A stretch of 64,000 nt of DNA from Planctomycetales bacterium (lineage in GTDB: Bacteria; Planctomycetota; Planctomycetia; Planctomycetales; Planctomycetaceae), in the NCBI GenBank assembly GCA_026400835.1, contig JAPLOA010000065.1, forward strand, positions 4,189 through 68,188. The letters run 5' to 3'. Under the pieces are notes generated by a model. That model worked only from the letters and a program-made list of their open reading frames with translations. It did no database searches and had not been told where the DNA came from. Both the position numbers and the translations under genes were made by a program. Numbering within the stretch: the first letter of the stretch is position 1; every line of letters begins with the position of its first letter. This document shows, piece by piece, positions 37,539 to 47,652 of this stretch.

Positions 37539-38615
37539 TTACTTTTTCTCTGGCACTGGTCGGAAAGGCCATTTTGGGCTCCCCGCTGGATCTTCACGAT
37601 GAGGAGCCTTGCCCAGACCGAAATCTGCCGGCTTCCAGTTCAACGTCTTGTAATAATTCGGATCGTTGATGAATCCGTAGAATGTTGGATAGAACGGATC
37701 CACATAATCCACATCAGCCTTCTCAGGAACTTCTCCGCCCGTCAGATGAATTGCCGCATTCACAACAAGACGACGCAGATCCTCGTCCACAAAATCTACC
37801 GCCGCTCCAGCTGTCGTACAGAACGAATGACCTTCTTTGCCGTTCGGAGCTTTGTAAGTGTGGAGCCATGCCAAAGCCTGCATTGGCTTATTGCGATCGT
37901 CATCCGTCAGCGTCTTGGAAGAAGGATCCAGCGTTTCCGTGATCGCTCCCCGCAGCAGAATCGTATCTGCATCTGTCAGGTGCTTAACGCCGTAAACATC
38001 GCTGGGCGCAAAGATTTCAGCCACGCCTTTCAGAATCACATGCTTCTCAGCCCCCGGCTCGATAACACTGCGGGCACCTTCAACCTTGTGATGCCCATGA
38101 TGCGAAACCCATTCTTCTCCGAGAACTTTTCGGCCCCATTCCGCGAAGGTGATCGAGTCACCAAATTTTTCGCCACCGTTAAACGCGTGAGTTGCAGTCC
38201 GCAGACCGATCACTGGCTTACCTGCATTCAGAAAGTCCGTGACATGTTTCGCTTCTTCCGCAGCGGGCCGACGAAAGCGAGTCGCGATAATCATCAGATC
38301 CGCGGAATCCAAAGCGGCCAGCCCTCTCAGACCTTGCTGGTTATTGGAGTCAATGTAGTCCGCACCGTCCGGTCCCATCGCAAAGATGACCGTGCATTTG
38401 AATCCATGCGTCTGGCTCAGAATCTTGCCCAGCATCGGCAAGGCTTCTTCTGAGCGATATTCTTCGTCGCCCGACACCAGCACAATGTGCCTGACCTTAT
38501 CAGTGTGAGCCTTTGGTTCGAAAACCAGAGTATCGCCAGCCATCAATACTGAACTCGTTGATCCGCCTACGATCAAGAAAGCCAACGCCAGAGACGCCAG
38601 GACCGATATTTTCAT
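37539..38615 (-). CDS. exported ThuA-like (class I glutamine amidotransferase-fold) protein
   Basis: 358 aa with a signal peptide. The HIVLVSGDEEYRSEEALP...DLMIIATRFR...GKPVIGLRTATHAF pattern matches my recollection of planctomycete ThuA-domain proteins. A memory-based call. Confidence 0.45.
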   Translation of the reverse strand: MKISVLASLALAFLIVGGSTSSVLMAGDTLVFEPKAHTDKVRHIVLVSGDEEYRSEEALPMLGKILSQTHGFKCTVIFAMGPDGADYIDSNNQQGLRGLAALDSADLMIIATRFRRPAAEEAKHVTDFLNAGKPVIGLRTATHAFNGGEKFGDSITFAEWGRKVLGEEWVSHHGHHKVEGARSVIEPGAEKHVILKGVAEIFAPSDVYGVKHLTDADTILLRGAITETLDPSSKTLTDDDRNKPMQALAWLHTYKAPNGKEGHSFCTTAGAAVDFVDEDLRRLVVNAAIHLTGGEVPEKADVDYVDPFYPTFYGFINDPNYYKTLNWKPADFGLGKAPHREDPAGSPKWPFRPVPEKK

Positions 38616-38855
38616 CGAAGTTACCTTGCAAGAAGCGATTCACAAACAGCGGCTGACCAACATCACAGACGACCGCTGGTGAACAGTGTAACCGCCATCG
38701 AAGGGATCTCAACGCCATAGCCGGGAAGAACAGCATTGCCCTGCCGGATAAATCTTCGATCGGGTCATGCTTCGCACGGTACGCATTGAGCGCCGAGTGT
38801 TCGCGGGATTCCTTTGAATGTTTGCCTTAATCGTCGCCGCGCACAGAATAACTCA

Positions 38856-40037
38856 TCAATGCTGAACGACTTTACGCAGCACAATTATCCCGACGGTGCA
38901 AAGGATCGCATTCGAGACCCAAACGGCCCACCAGGGCTCGAGGCTTCCGGTTTTGCAAAGGTTTACCATCAGAAACATCACAGGATAGTAGATGATCAGA
39001 ATTGGCAGGAAGCAGATGATGAAGGTGGTGATGAACTGTCGGCGAGCCTGTAACATTGCGAACGGACCGCCAACAAGGGTAAAAAAGAAACAACTGGCCG
39101 CCATCGAAAAGCGACTGTGAATCTCTGTTCGGTAACGTCTCTCATCGCCGATCGCCTTCTTCTTTTCCGAAGCGATCGCCGCGATTGAATCACCCGCCAA
39201 TTGCTCGAAGTCACCGGTCAACATCAGCATCGCAGCTTCCTGATTCAACTGCTGCTCACGAGCACCCTGCGCCGTCTGACTGTCGATGATCCCCTGTTTC
39301 AGCGCGTTCAGAGTCATGTGACGAGCTTTGACTTTTCCGATCTCCAATGGCATCGGAAAGGATAGCTCCATGTTGTCCATCTCACCTTCCACATCAGAAC
39401 CGGGCTGACTTCCATTCCATTGTTTCAATTGGAGCTTGATGACATGGTTATCAAGATCAAACTTGATCCGCGCCGTTTTTGCTCGCACCGTGTACTGTTG
39501 ATGATCTTTTCGGCGGTACTGAAAAGTGGCTTCCATCAGAGTGCGATTACGAACTTCATTGACTGTGATGGAATATCCCTGATTGGGGTCGTTGTAGATC
39601 TGCTGTGTAGCGAGAACTTCCAGGAAGATGTCTTCAATTGCCTGGGTCACAATCCGTTCAATGTTGGTGACCGCCCAGGGAATCGCATAGTTCGTCATTC
39701 CGAACGAACACACAGCCAGCACCGATGCCAATAGAAACGCGGGGGCCAGCAACTGCGTCGCGCTGACACCAGCGGCTTTGGCGGCAATCACTTCCAGATC
39801 GCCCGAGATTCTTCCATACACAACACAGACGGACAGCAGCAACGTGGCAGGAATCGTGAATGGTAGCATGCTGGGGACGACGAACGGCATGATCTGCAGA
39901 ATCTGAACTGCTCCCAGCCCGCGCTCGGTCGCTTCTCGAAACAAACCGACAAACACCAGCATCACGGTCAGCACAATGACCAGAAGACTGAACACTCGCA
40001 ACAGTTCACTGAAGATGTATCGCTGCAGCAGTTTCAT
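38856..40037 (-). CDS. LptF/LptG (YjgP/YjgQ) family permease
   Basis: MKLLQRYIFSELLRVF start typical of the family. Three TM helices, a large periplasmic loop, then three more TM helices. The ORF opens at 40046. Confidence 0.8.
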   Translation of the reverse strand: MKLLQRYIFSELLRVFSLLVIVLTVMLVFVGLFREATERGLGAVQILQIMPFVVPSMLPFTIPATLLLSVCVVYGRISGDLEVIAAKAAGVSATQLLAPAFLLASVLAVCSFGMTNYAIPWAVTNIERIVTQAIEDIFLEVLATQQIYNDPNQGYSITVNEVRNRTLMEATFQYRRKDHQQYTVRAKTARIKFDLDNHVIKLQLKQWNGSQPGSDVEGEMDNMELSFPMPLEIGKVKARHMTLNALKQGIIDSQTAQGAREQQLNQEAAMLMLTGDFEQLAGDSIAAIASEKKKAIGDERRYRTEIHSRFSMAASCFFFTLVGGPFAMLQARRQFITTFIICFLPILIIYYPVMFLMVNLCKTGSLEPWWAVWVSNAILCTVGIIVLRKVVQH

Positions 40038-40584
40038 GGACACCACTCCAACGAGTGGCTTATAGGCTTTTCAGCGCCTGCGGAAACCGGATCAACTTCA
40101 CGCAGGTCGAAACCGCATTCGCGCAGTCGACACCAGTCCCTACGATCGACTGGAAGACCAGCGATCGGACAGCAGAGACCCGTTCTTCCGTGAATGGTCA
40201 TGTTTCGCTGACGACAGTGCAAAGTTGAAAAGTGAGGATTCTGGGTGCGCAGGGTATTGGACAGCCGAAAATGCGGCAATGTCAGTGTTCCACCACGTTC
40301 CTGCACGGGTCATCCTTCTTTTCCTTGCTGAACCGCGTGTTTTCGGCCCGTGTCGAAGCAGAGAGACCTGTTTCACCGGTTGACCGGTTTCCCTCCGTCA
40401 GGTCCAATTCGCGCTGTCGACGCCCGGAAAACACATCCTAAAAAGGGGCAAGAACCAAAAGCAGTCCGAATTCTGAGGGCCAATTCGCTCCAGGTTCCTG
40501 TCCCGTTCTCCAAGCCGTGCCACTTTTCCAACACCCGACAGCGCACCGAACATTCGCTTTTTTGTCGATCGGATCACTTAGACA

Positions 40585-42675
40585 ATGCCCCGTCAGATTC
40601 TCGTCACTTCCGCCCTGCCCTACGCAAATGGCCATATTCATATTGGCCATCTCGTGGAATACATCCAGACTGACATCTGGGTGCGTTTCCAGAAACTGCG
40701 CGGCCATCAGTGCCTCTACGTCTGCGCCGACGACACTCACGGCACAGCCATCATGATTCGCGCTCGCAAAGAGGGCCGCTCCGAAGAAGCCGTCATCGCG
40801 GACATGAGAGAAGCTCACGTTCGGGACTTCGGTGATTTTCAGATCGAGTTCGACAATTACGGCAGCACCAACAGCCCTGAGAACCAGGCGCTGTGTAATG
40901 AGATCTGGGCTTCCATCCGCAAAGCAGGGCTCGTCAAAGAGAAAGACGTCGCTCAGCTTTACGATCCCGTCGCAGGAACTTTTCTGGCCGATCGATTCGT
41001 TCGCGGCAACTGTCCCAAGTGCGGCGCTGAAGATCAGCCGGGAGATAACTGCAGCGTTTGCGGCGCCGCTTACACCCCAGCAGACCTGAAGAATCCCAAG
41101 AGCACGCTGTCAGGAGCTGTCCCGGAGATTCGTACGGCCGAGCATCTTTTTATCGAACTCGAACAGTTGCATGAATTCCTGAATGAGTGGACTCAGGATA
41201 GTTCTCATCTGCAGCCTGAGATCGCTAATTATCTCAAAGGACATTTTCTGGGAGAGCCGCTGCGAGACTGGGACGTATCTCGACCCGCGCCGTATTTCGG
41301 GTTTGAAATCCCGGACAAGAAGGGGCACTATTGGTACGTCTGGTTCGATGCTCCGATCGGCTACATGGCTTCCACGCACGAATGGTGCAAACGCAATAAC
41401 CAGAATCTTGATGACTGGTGGAGCAGCAAGTCCACGGCCGAGATTCATCATTTCATCGGCAAGGACATTACGTATTTCCATACGCTGTTCTGGCCCGGTA
41501 TGTTGAAGACGGCGGGATGTAATCTTCCCACAAAGGTTCATATCCACGGATTCCTCACCGTAAGCGGCGAGAAAATGTCCAAGTCGAAGGGCACGTTTGT
41601 GATGGGCCGAACCTATCTCAATCACCTGCCCTCCGCAGCGCTTCGCTATTACTATGCGAGCAAGCTGGGAACAGGTCTCGATGACATCGATCTGAACCTT
41701 GATGAGTTTGTGTCCCGATTCAACTCCGACCTGGTCGGTAAAGTTGTCAATCTGGCCTCACGCTCGGCCGGGTTCCTCGCAGGACAAACGCTGAGCGATT
41801 CGTACCCTGACGACGGCGGGCTCTTTGCCGCTGCCGCCGAAAAGGGTGAACTGATTGCCGAGCATTTCGAGAACTGCAATTACAACGCAGCCACTCGCGA
41901 AATCATGGCTCTGGCGGACAAAGCCAATAAGTTTGTCGATGATCGTCAGCCGTGGGTCATTCGCAAGGATCCCACAAAAGCCGACGAACTTCGTGACGTC
42001 TGTTCGATCACTTTGAATCTCTTCCGACAGATCGTGACTTATCTGGCCCCGATTCTTCCAGGCCTGGCAAAGCAATCTGAAGAACTGCTCAATCGACCAA
42101 TCACAAACTGGTCCGACGCACAAACTCCACTGACGGGAACACTCGTCAGCCCATTCACTCACTTAATGAAACGCATTGAAACGAAACAGGTTGAAGCGAT
42201 GATCGAAGAAAGCAAAGAACAGATGGCCGCTGAACAGGGCGCTGCTGAATCAGCCGCGCCGGCTGCAGAAACTCCGGCCGTCAGCTTCCATCCGGCGGAC
42301 TCATGGAAAGATGCTGGAGAAGCATTGGCCAATGAGCCTCTGGCCACAGAATGCACCATCGATGATTTCGTAAAAATCGACCTGCGTGTCGCGCGAATCA
42401 TTGAGGCGAATCATGTGCCCAGCGCTAACAAGCTGCTGCAACTGACTTTGTCACTTGGCGGCGGGGAAACTCGCAACGTCTTCGCTGGAATCAAGGCGGC
42501 CTACAAGCCAGAAGATCTTGTCGGTCGACTGGTCATCTGCGTTGCTAATCTCAAGCCACGTCAGATGAAGTTCGGGCTCAGCCAGGGCATGGTCTGTGCC
42601 AGCGGCAGCGGTGGACCCGAAGTGTTCCTGCTGTCTCCGGATACAGGATCTGTTCCTGGGCAGCGAGTGCATTAA
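40585..42675 (+). CDS. metG: methionyl-tRNA synthetase with C-terminal tRNA-binding (Trbp111/EMAP-like) domain
   Basis: 696 aa. HIGH motif ([10 protein letters not shown]), zinc knuckle CPKCG...CSVCG, KMSKS, and C-terminal DLRVARI...GIK. Confidence 0.95.
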   Translation: MPRQILVTSALPYANGHIHIGHLVEYIQTDIWVRFQKLRGHQCLYVCADDTHGTAIMIRARKEGRSEEAVIADMREAHVRDFGDFQIEFDNYGSTNSPENQALCNEIWASIRKAGLVKEKDVAQLYDPVAGTFLADRFVRGNCPKCGAEDQPGDNCSVCGAAYTPADLKNPKSTLSGAVPEIRTAEHLFIELEQLHEFLNEWTQDSSHLQPEIANYLKGHFLGEPLRDWDVSRPAPYFGFEIPDKKGHYWYVWFDAPIGYMASTHEWCKRNNQNLDDWWSSKSTAEIHHFIGKDITYFHTLFWPGMLKTAGCNLPTKVHIHGFLTVSGEKMSKSKGTFVMGRTYLNHLPSAALRYYYASKLGTGLDDIDLNLDEFVSRFNSDLVGKVVNLASRSAGFLAGQTLSDSYPDDGGLFAAAAEKGELIAEHFENCNYNAATREIMALADKANKFVDDRQPWVIRKDPTKADELRDVCSITLNLFRQIVTYLAPILPGLAKQSEELLNRPITNWSDAQTPLTGTLVSPFTHLMKRIETKQVEAMIEESKEQMAAEQGAAESAAPAAETPAVSFHPADSWKDAGEALANEPLATECTIDDFVKIDLRVARIIEANHVPSANKLLQLTLSLGGGETRNVFAGIKAAYKPEDLVGRLVICVANLKPRQMKFGLSQGMVCASGSGGPEVFLLSPDTGSVPGQRVH

Positions 42676-42708
42676 GCAGTTGATTCTGCGATCTATCCTG
42701 AGATTCTG

Positions 42709-42771
42709 TTTACCGCCCAGCGGAAGGCGCCGGCTCTGTTCAAAAGCCGGCGCCTCCGGCTGGGCGGTAAA
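42709..42771. terminator. long hairpin between convergent metG and hsp20 (bidirectional terminator or REP-like)
   Basis: TTTACCGCCCAGCGGAAGGCGCCGGCT / AGCCGGCGCCTCCGGCTGGGCGGTAAA: 27-nt arms, near-perfect, 9-nt loop. Confidence 0.6.
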
Positions 42772-42793
42772 CGATTTAATCTATTCCACGCAC

Positions 42794-43234
42794 TTAACCC
42801 GGTGAAACCTCGATTCGTCGTGGTTTGGCCCGTGCGGCTCGAGGCAGGTCGACTCTCAAAACCCCGTTCGTCAGTTTCGCCTGAATGCGTTCATGATCAA
42901 CTTCATCGCTCAGGATGAATGATCGCAGGAAGTCACCCAGCTGATACTCCTGGTGGATCACTGAAATCGGCAGAGCATCCGTGCGTGAGATTCTTCCGAA
43001 CAGTGTCAGCTTGTTGTCCTGAACCTGCAGATCCAATCCTTCCGCTGTCACGCCCGGCAGGTCCGCATAGAGAACCAGCCCATCGGGCGTTTCATAAATA
43101 TCGATCGGCGGATTAAACAACAGTCGAGGCGCGGCGTTGGCACTAGACTCCGCTGAAGGAGCCATCTCCGGCTTCGGCGAAGCCACAATCGGCTGCAGTT
43201 CTTCGGGTCGGCTGAGATCTCGAGATTCACTCAT
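42794..43234 (-). CDS. small heat-shock protein (Hsp20/alpha-crystallin)
   Basis: 146 aa. [18 protein letters not shown] and [11 protein letters not shown] motifs. Confidence 0.9.
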   Translation of the reverse strand: MSESRDLSRPEELQPIVASPKPEMAPSAESSANAAPRLLFNPPIDIYETPDGLVLYADLPGVTAEGLDLQVQDNKLTLFGRISRTDALPISVIHQEYQLGDFLRSFILSDEVDHERIQAKLTNGVLRVDLPRAARAKPRRIEVSPG

Positions 43235-43238
43235 GGGA

Positions 43239-43679
43239 CTAACCTTCGTTCACTTTGATCTGACGAGGAGTCGTGGACGGCGCCTTGGGTAACGTCACTT
43301 TCAAAATCCCGGCGGAGTAATCAGCCCGCATCCCGTCTTCGTCAACTCGATCGGGAAGCTGAATCGTTCGCTGCCACGGACCATGGAACCGTTCCTGCCG
43401 GCGGAACGTGTCTTCCCGCGCCTCTTCAGGAGGTAGCCGGTTTCCTTTGATCGTCAGGTAACCAGAAGCCGTCGTGACCTCAAGCTGCTTCAAATCCACG
43501 CCCGGGATTTCAGCAACGAGCACATAGCTGTCTTCCATTTCCAGCAGATTAATCTGAGGAAAACGACGCCCAAACCGGACGCCGTGCAGAGTCAAATTCA
43601 CGCCCTGCAACAGACGATCGACTTCTCGCTCAAGATCGCGGAACGGATCCCACGGCTGGCCCCAGCGAAAAATTGGCAT
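43239..43679 (-). CDS. small heat-shock protein (Hsp20/alpha-crystallin)
   Basis: 146 aa. [18 protein letters not shown] and [11 protein letters not shown] motifs. Ends 4 nt upstream of the second hsp20. Confidence 0.9.
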   Translation of the reverse strand: MPIFRWGQPWDPFRDLEREVDRLLQGVNLTLHGVRFGRRFPQINLLEMEDSYVLVAEIPGVDLKQLEVTTASGYLTIKGNRLPPEEAREDTFRRQERFHGPWQRTIQLPDRVDEDGMRADYSAGILKVTLPKAPSTTPRQIKVNEG

Positions 43680-43746
43680 TGCTCACTCCGAAAACGACAG
43701 CACCTCATGACAGCCCGAACGAAGAAAAGCAGGGGCTGCACACCAT

Positions 43747-43763
43747 GTTCCAATTTCTGGAAC
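43747..43763. promoter_or_regulatory. palindrome GTTCCA-N5-TGGAAC upstream of the hsp20 pair (candidate operator)
   Basis: Perfect 6-bp arms, 68-84 nt upstream of the hsp20 start at 43679. Confidence 0.25.
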
Positions 43764-43901
43764 TCACATGCCCCGCTGCCCTATCTTCCTGCTGAAAAGC
43801 CCTAAATCAATAGGGAAAAAGGTTTTGCGACAAATCAACCCTCGCGATGGGCCGCCAATATTCGCCTGCCAAATTGCCAGATAATTCCGTTTTTCTGCAG
43901 C

Positions 43902-45278
43902 CTACCGATCATCCTGCCGGCCTTCTCGCCAGGCGTCAGCCAGTTCCTGTTCGGTCTTTCCTGTGAGCTCCTTCCATGTCTCTCCTGAGTATCTGCCTTC
44001 TCGAGCGGCCGCATTGAGCTGTTCCAGAAAGCGTCCATCGTTGGGATGGTTTCGGATCACCCAATCAATGAAGTTGGCCGACGTCCGATAGCTGGCATCA
44101 TGCTTCGCATCTTTGAGTCTCTCCGCTGACAACCTCGCGCCGCCCGTTTCTGGTTCGAAGAGGAACCAGCGGATGTAGTCCGGGATGCCTTCAACAATCC
44201 AGCCGGGTGGTGCAACAAAGCCACGGCCTCGGTGATTACGACCAGAGTAGCCCTGAACAACATGAACCATTTCATGCACCACGGCCCCGCGTGCTTCACC
44301 GTTGAGCTGGCCGCGAAACCATTCCGCGTTCATTGAGATCGTCGGCCCGGATGCATAAGCCGGGATGCCCTTCATCTCTTCATCGCGGAGAAATCGAAAG
44401 CGAACGTGACGAGCCGCTTCAAATCCCTCGCTGGGCAACATCGCCACAATCTTCGGATACCAGTCCTGAATCAACGGATTGAGTTCTTCCGCAGCCCACA
44501 TCTCGAGTTCAAGGGCTTGAGTTACATCAATCGTGAAACGATACGCTTCATCAGTTGTTGTGAACTTGATCTCACGAACTTCGGGAGCCGTGATGCGTTG
44601 AACCTTGGTCGCATCACCGGCAATCACATCAATCTCACTGAAGAACGTATGACTGAAGCGATTGCCCGGCTCAGTCGCGTTCATCTCAAACAACAAATGT
44701 CGAAACTTCCCCAGTATCGCATCCGGCTCAAAAATCCTCACGGCATGTTGCACACCGTTTTGATTGACCTGACGAGTATTCACGCTGGCGATTTTCTTCC
44801 AGCCTGAGGTGTTGCTGATTTCATCAACCGACACGGGAAAAGCGAAACCCGGTTCTTCCCCGGTTGCGGCGTAGACAGAAAAAACCTGAGGTGCTCGACT
44901 ATCCGTATGCCATGAATAAGACACGATCTCCGCCACATCGGTGACCTGTTCAAGGTCCACAGTGATCAGACCGTTCTGTGTTCCAGCAGCGAAGAAGAAA
45001 TTCTCGGACGGTTGATCGGCCGAAGCCGGAACGCGTCCATCGAACAAACGTTCGATCGAGCCCGAGTTCGCATCGACCTGCCCGGCAACGACCTTCCATT
45101 TCCCTTTTGAACCCGTATCATCAATTGCGGGCAGCGGGACGTTCTCGAATCGAAAGAACGAGCCCTCCTGTGACAACTCGGCCGTGACTTTGACCTCAGC
45201 AACACAGTCTCCAGCCAACAAAGCGGCAAGGCCAAACGAAAGCAGCCTGCAACAAGACTTCATCAGAGAACATTTCAT
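43902..45278 (-). CDS. exported protein with C-terminal basic-secretory-protein-like HExxH peptidase domain
   Basis: 458 aa with a signal peptide. VVHEMVHVVQ...PPGWIVEGIPDYIRW resembles the Pfam BSP family (peptidase of plants and bacteria). The ~250-aa N-terminal beta-rich region is unassigned. Confidence 0.5.
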   Translation of the reverse strand: MKCSLMKSCCRLLSFGLAALLAGDCVAEVKVTAELSQEGSFFRFENVPLPAIDDTGSKGKWKVVAGQVDANSGSIERLFDGRVPASADQPSENFFFAAGTQNGLITVDLEQVTDVAEIVSYSWHTDSRAPQVFSVYAATGEEPGFAFPVSVDEISNTSGWKKIASVNTRQVNQNGVQHAVRIFEPDAILGKFRHLLFEMNATEPGNRFSHTFFSEIDVIAGDATKVQRITAPEVREIKFTTTDEAYRFTIDVTQALELEMWAAEELNPLIQDWYPKIVAMLPSEGFEAARHVRFRFLRDEEMKGIPAYASGPTISMNAEWFRGQLNGEARGAVVHEMVHVVQGYSGRNHRGRGFVAPPGWIVEGIPDYIRWFLFEPETGGARLSAERLKDAKHDASYRTSANFIDWVIRNHPNDGRFLEQLNAAAREGRYSGETWKELTGKTEQELADAWREGRQDDR

Positions 45279-45583
45279 AAGAGCCGCCCGTTCGGAACAC
45301 TGCCGTGCACAACAGCCGTATCAAATCACGGCAACACCTGAGGCCGTTTCAATGCTGTTACGGGCACCCTAACAGATTCAAAATTTTCGGACCATCGAGC
45401 GATCCATGGAAGGACATCCGCGGGTGGCACTTACACGCCGTGGGAGTGTACCGCAGGTACAAGTAGCCTCAGTGAGGACTCTCATCCGAAAGCCCGCGTG
45501 CTATGAAGATTCAACCTGCAAACCAGTACTTCTTGTTGCTTCTCAACACAGCCTATCCATAGCGATTCTGGGCAAACTAAAGC

Positions 45584-45741
45584 AGCCGTCTCGCTCCGTC
45601 GAGACGAGCCTTGCAGGTTTCACGTTAAACAAAGAATGTAGAATGCTATGTGCCAAACGCGTGCTGCGGGTCTCTGCGTGCCAGATAACAAAACGCTGAG
45701 CACTGCAAGGCTCGTCTCGACGGAGCGAGACGGCTACTTTG
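45584..45741. mobile_element. MITE/REP-like element, family A copy 1
   Basis: Inverted arms AGCCGTCTCGCTCCGTCGAGACGAGCCTTGCAG (45584-) and its reverse complement (ending 45741) flank a ~90-nt core related to the cores of copies 2 and 3. Confidence 0.6.
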
Positions 45742-45895
45742 ACTGATCATGGAGGCACGTTCAATGAATGTTCGTTCCGCAGCAGTTTGGACTTTCTTCC
45801 ACAACGAGCCGGGCAGGTAATGCCGTGAAGTATTGCCATCTGACAATTGCCGTGAATTCGGCCGAAGTAGCCATACGATTTCCTTGGCTGATACG

Positions 45896-46170
45896 GTAGC
45901 CGTCTCGCTCCGCCGAGACGAGCCTTTGAGCTTTCGCCAGCAAGACTCGATGCAGACCGCTTTGTGTGAACGCCTCGCAAAAGTCTACGGGCCAGATGGC
46001 GGCAAGCGGTCTGTTGATTTAGTCGTTTAACGGCAAGCCGCAGGTCGTTGCCCGATTTCGCCTACGCCTGCGGCTCGCCGTTAAACGAAAACGCTCAATA
46101 CACCACTAAATCAACACCCCGAAAGCGGGCACTGCAAGGCTCGTCTCGGCGGAGCGAGACGGCTACTTTG
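45896..46170. mobile_element. MITE/REP-like element, family A copy 2, carrying a nested family-B hairpin
   Basis: Arms at 45896-45926 and 46129-46170. The core is homologous to copy 3 but is interrupted by 46014-46114. Confidence 0.6.
46024..46096. repeat. REP-like hairpin element, family B copy 2
   Basis: About 90% identical to 16723-16797. Additionally flanked by inverted TTGATTTAGT (46014-46023) and ACTAAATCAA (46105-46114). Confidence 0.8.
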
Positions 46171-46257
46171 GCTCATCACGGAGTCACGTTTGATGAATGT
46201 GCGTTTCGATGGGCATGCATGCCGAGTCTGCCCAAGAATTAAGGCTTTGCCACAGCA

Positions 46258-47343
46258 CTAGAAATCGCCGACGACGTTGCCTTCGGACATGTCGCAGATG
46301 GATTGCCAGACGCCGTAGGTGGCTCGGCGAGCACTCACATCGGAGAAGTCGGGGAGTGCATCCCACGCGGCCGGATTGCCGCTGTTGATGTTGTCGCTGA
46401 TGAAACGCACTGAACCGTCCATCATCAGAACCTGAATGCCATTGGAATGGTAACTGGACATAAGGCCGTGACATGGGGGATCTGGACTCGGGTCAATTCC
46501 TAGTTTGCATTGGTTGGGGCGAAAATACGCACTGCTCATTGTGTTAGCCACGTTGTGGCAATACCCCCAAAAAGTGCGAACATGTAGGTTGTGTAGGATT
46601 GTGTTTGTTGTCTTGAATCCATGCCGCTCGCCAACGAAAACCGTATTCGACGTGCCATCAACCACCTGATGCAGACGCGTGCTGGTATTTACTCCCACTG
46701 GCCCAACTCCGCGATGATTTACGTCAGCCGGACCATAGCCACTGTTCCAGCTGAATCCTACGGCCGATAGCCTACTGACGCCGTTCATCCAGCGAAGATT
46801 CTTGCTTCCTCCTGGGGCAGGGACATAGCCATTGAGGCCATAATTCGCAACATAACTGCTTGATCCGAGATTAGTCCATCCAACGATAGAAACACCGTGA
46901 TTCCTGTCGTCCAAGTCTGTTGTCGGCCGAATATCAGAAGGACAAAGGAATCCGGATAAGACTGTGCCTAGCAGCCCCTCGTTTGCATTTGCCGCACCTA
47001 TCGGTTCAATAACGACAGCTGGCTCTGAGAAATTCAACTGCGAGTAAATTGTGCCTTGCTCCAACATTGGCAGCAGAAATGTTCCCCATGAAAACTGCCG
47101 CCAATCGCCCCAACCAGCGTTTCCATGATCAAGGCCCATGCTTCCCATCGGAAAGCACCTGTGGATGTCGTGGTAGTTGTGAAAGGCTAGTCCAATTTGC
47201 TTGAGGTTGTTTCGGCACTGCGTTCTGCGTGCAGCTTCGCGAGCGGCCTGAACCGCGGGAAGCAACAGTGCGATCAGTACGGCGATAATCGCGATCACAA
47301 CCAATAACTCAATCAGCGTAAAGCCGGTTCGCTGACGTCTCAT
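46258..47343 (-). CDS. DUF1559 protein with prepilin-type N-terminal cleavage/methylation motif
   Basis: MRRQRTGFTLIELLVVIAIIAVLIALLLPAVQAAREAARRTQCRNNLKQIGLAFHNYHD and C-terminal SYHSNGIQVLMMDGSVRFISDNI (H-X9-DG). The track ORF extends to 47583 through repeat DNA, so I trimmed it to ATG 47343. Confidence 0.88.
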   Translation of the reverse strand: MRRQRTGFTLIELLVVIAIIAVLIALLLPAVQAAREAARRTQCRNNLKQIGLAFHNYHDIHRCFPMGSMGLDHGNAGWGDWRQFSWGTFLLPMLEQGTIYSQLNFSEPAVVIEPIGAANANEGLLGTVLSGFLCPSDIRPTTDLDDRNHGVSIVGWTNLGSSSYVANYGLNGYVPAPGGSKNLRWMNGVSRLSAVGFSWNSGYGPADVNHRGVGPVGVNTSTRLHQVVDGTSNTVFVGERHGFKTTNTILHNLHVRTFWGYCHNVANTMSSAYFRPNQCKLGIDPSPDPPCHGLMSSYHSNGIQVLMMDGSVRFISDNINSGNPAAWDALPDFSDVSARRATYGVWQSICDMSEGNVVGDF

Positions 47344-47585
47344 GGTTCGATGCCTGCTAAGGGTGACTTGTCGAAGTGTGCGACTGTCGATCGCAGATCT
47401 CTTCTCCTCCAACGCCCGCGTCGGGCCAGAGCCTGCGTACGTCGAGGAACCTCGTTGTCGTAACGGCCAGCGACAGATGGAGTGATCGTGACCAGCTGAG
47501 CGCAAAGCCACTCCCGCACCAGTGTCACTCGTTAGTACACCAGTAAAAGCCCCGTGCGTCAATCTGGTTATTGACGAATCCAACG

Positions 47586-47629
47586 AAAGTCGCCGTCTCG
47601 CTCCGCCGAGACGAGCCTTTGAGCTTTCG
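47586..47629. repeat. solo arm of family A
   Basis: AAAGTCGCCGTCTCGCTCCGCCGAGACGAGCCTTTGAGCTTTCG: one mismatch to the left arm at 47952-47995. No inverted partner immediately follows. Confidence 0.7.
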
Positions 47630-47652
47630 TCGGCGATACCGGATGCAGGCGT

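Noticed and set aside
37599-38453. 284-aa plus-strand ORF
   Set aside because: Antisense to the ThuA-like gene, which has a signal peptide and coherent globular sequence. The plus-frame product is Arg/Ser/Gln-rich nonsense.
47344-47583. N-terminal 80 codons of track ORF 46258..47583
   Set aside because: The prepilin-type leader MRRQRTGFTLIELLVV must sit at the N-terminus, and the upstream part runs into repeat DNA.
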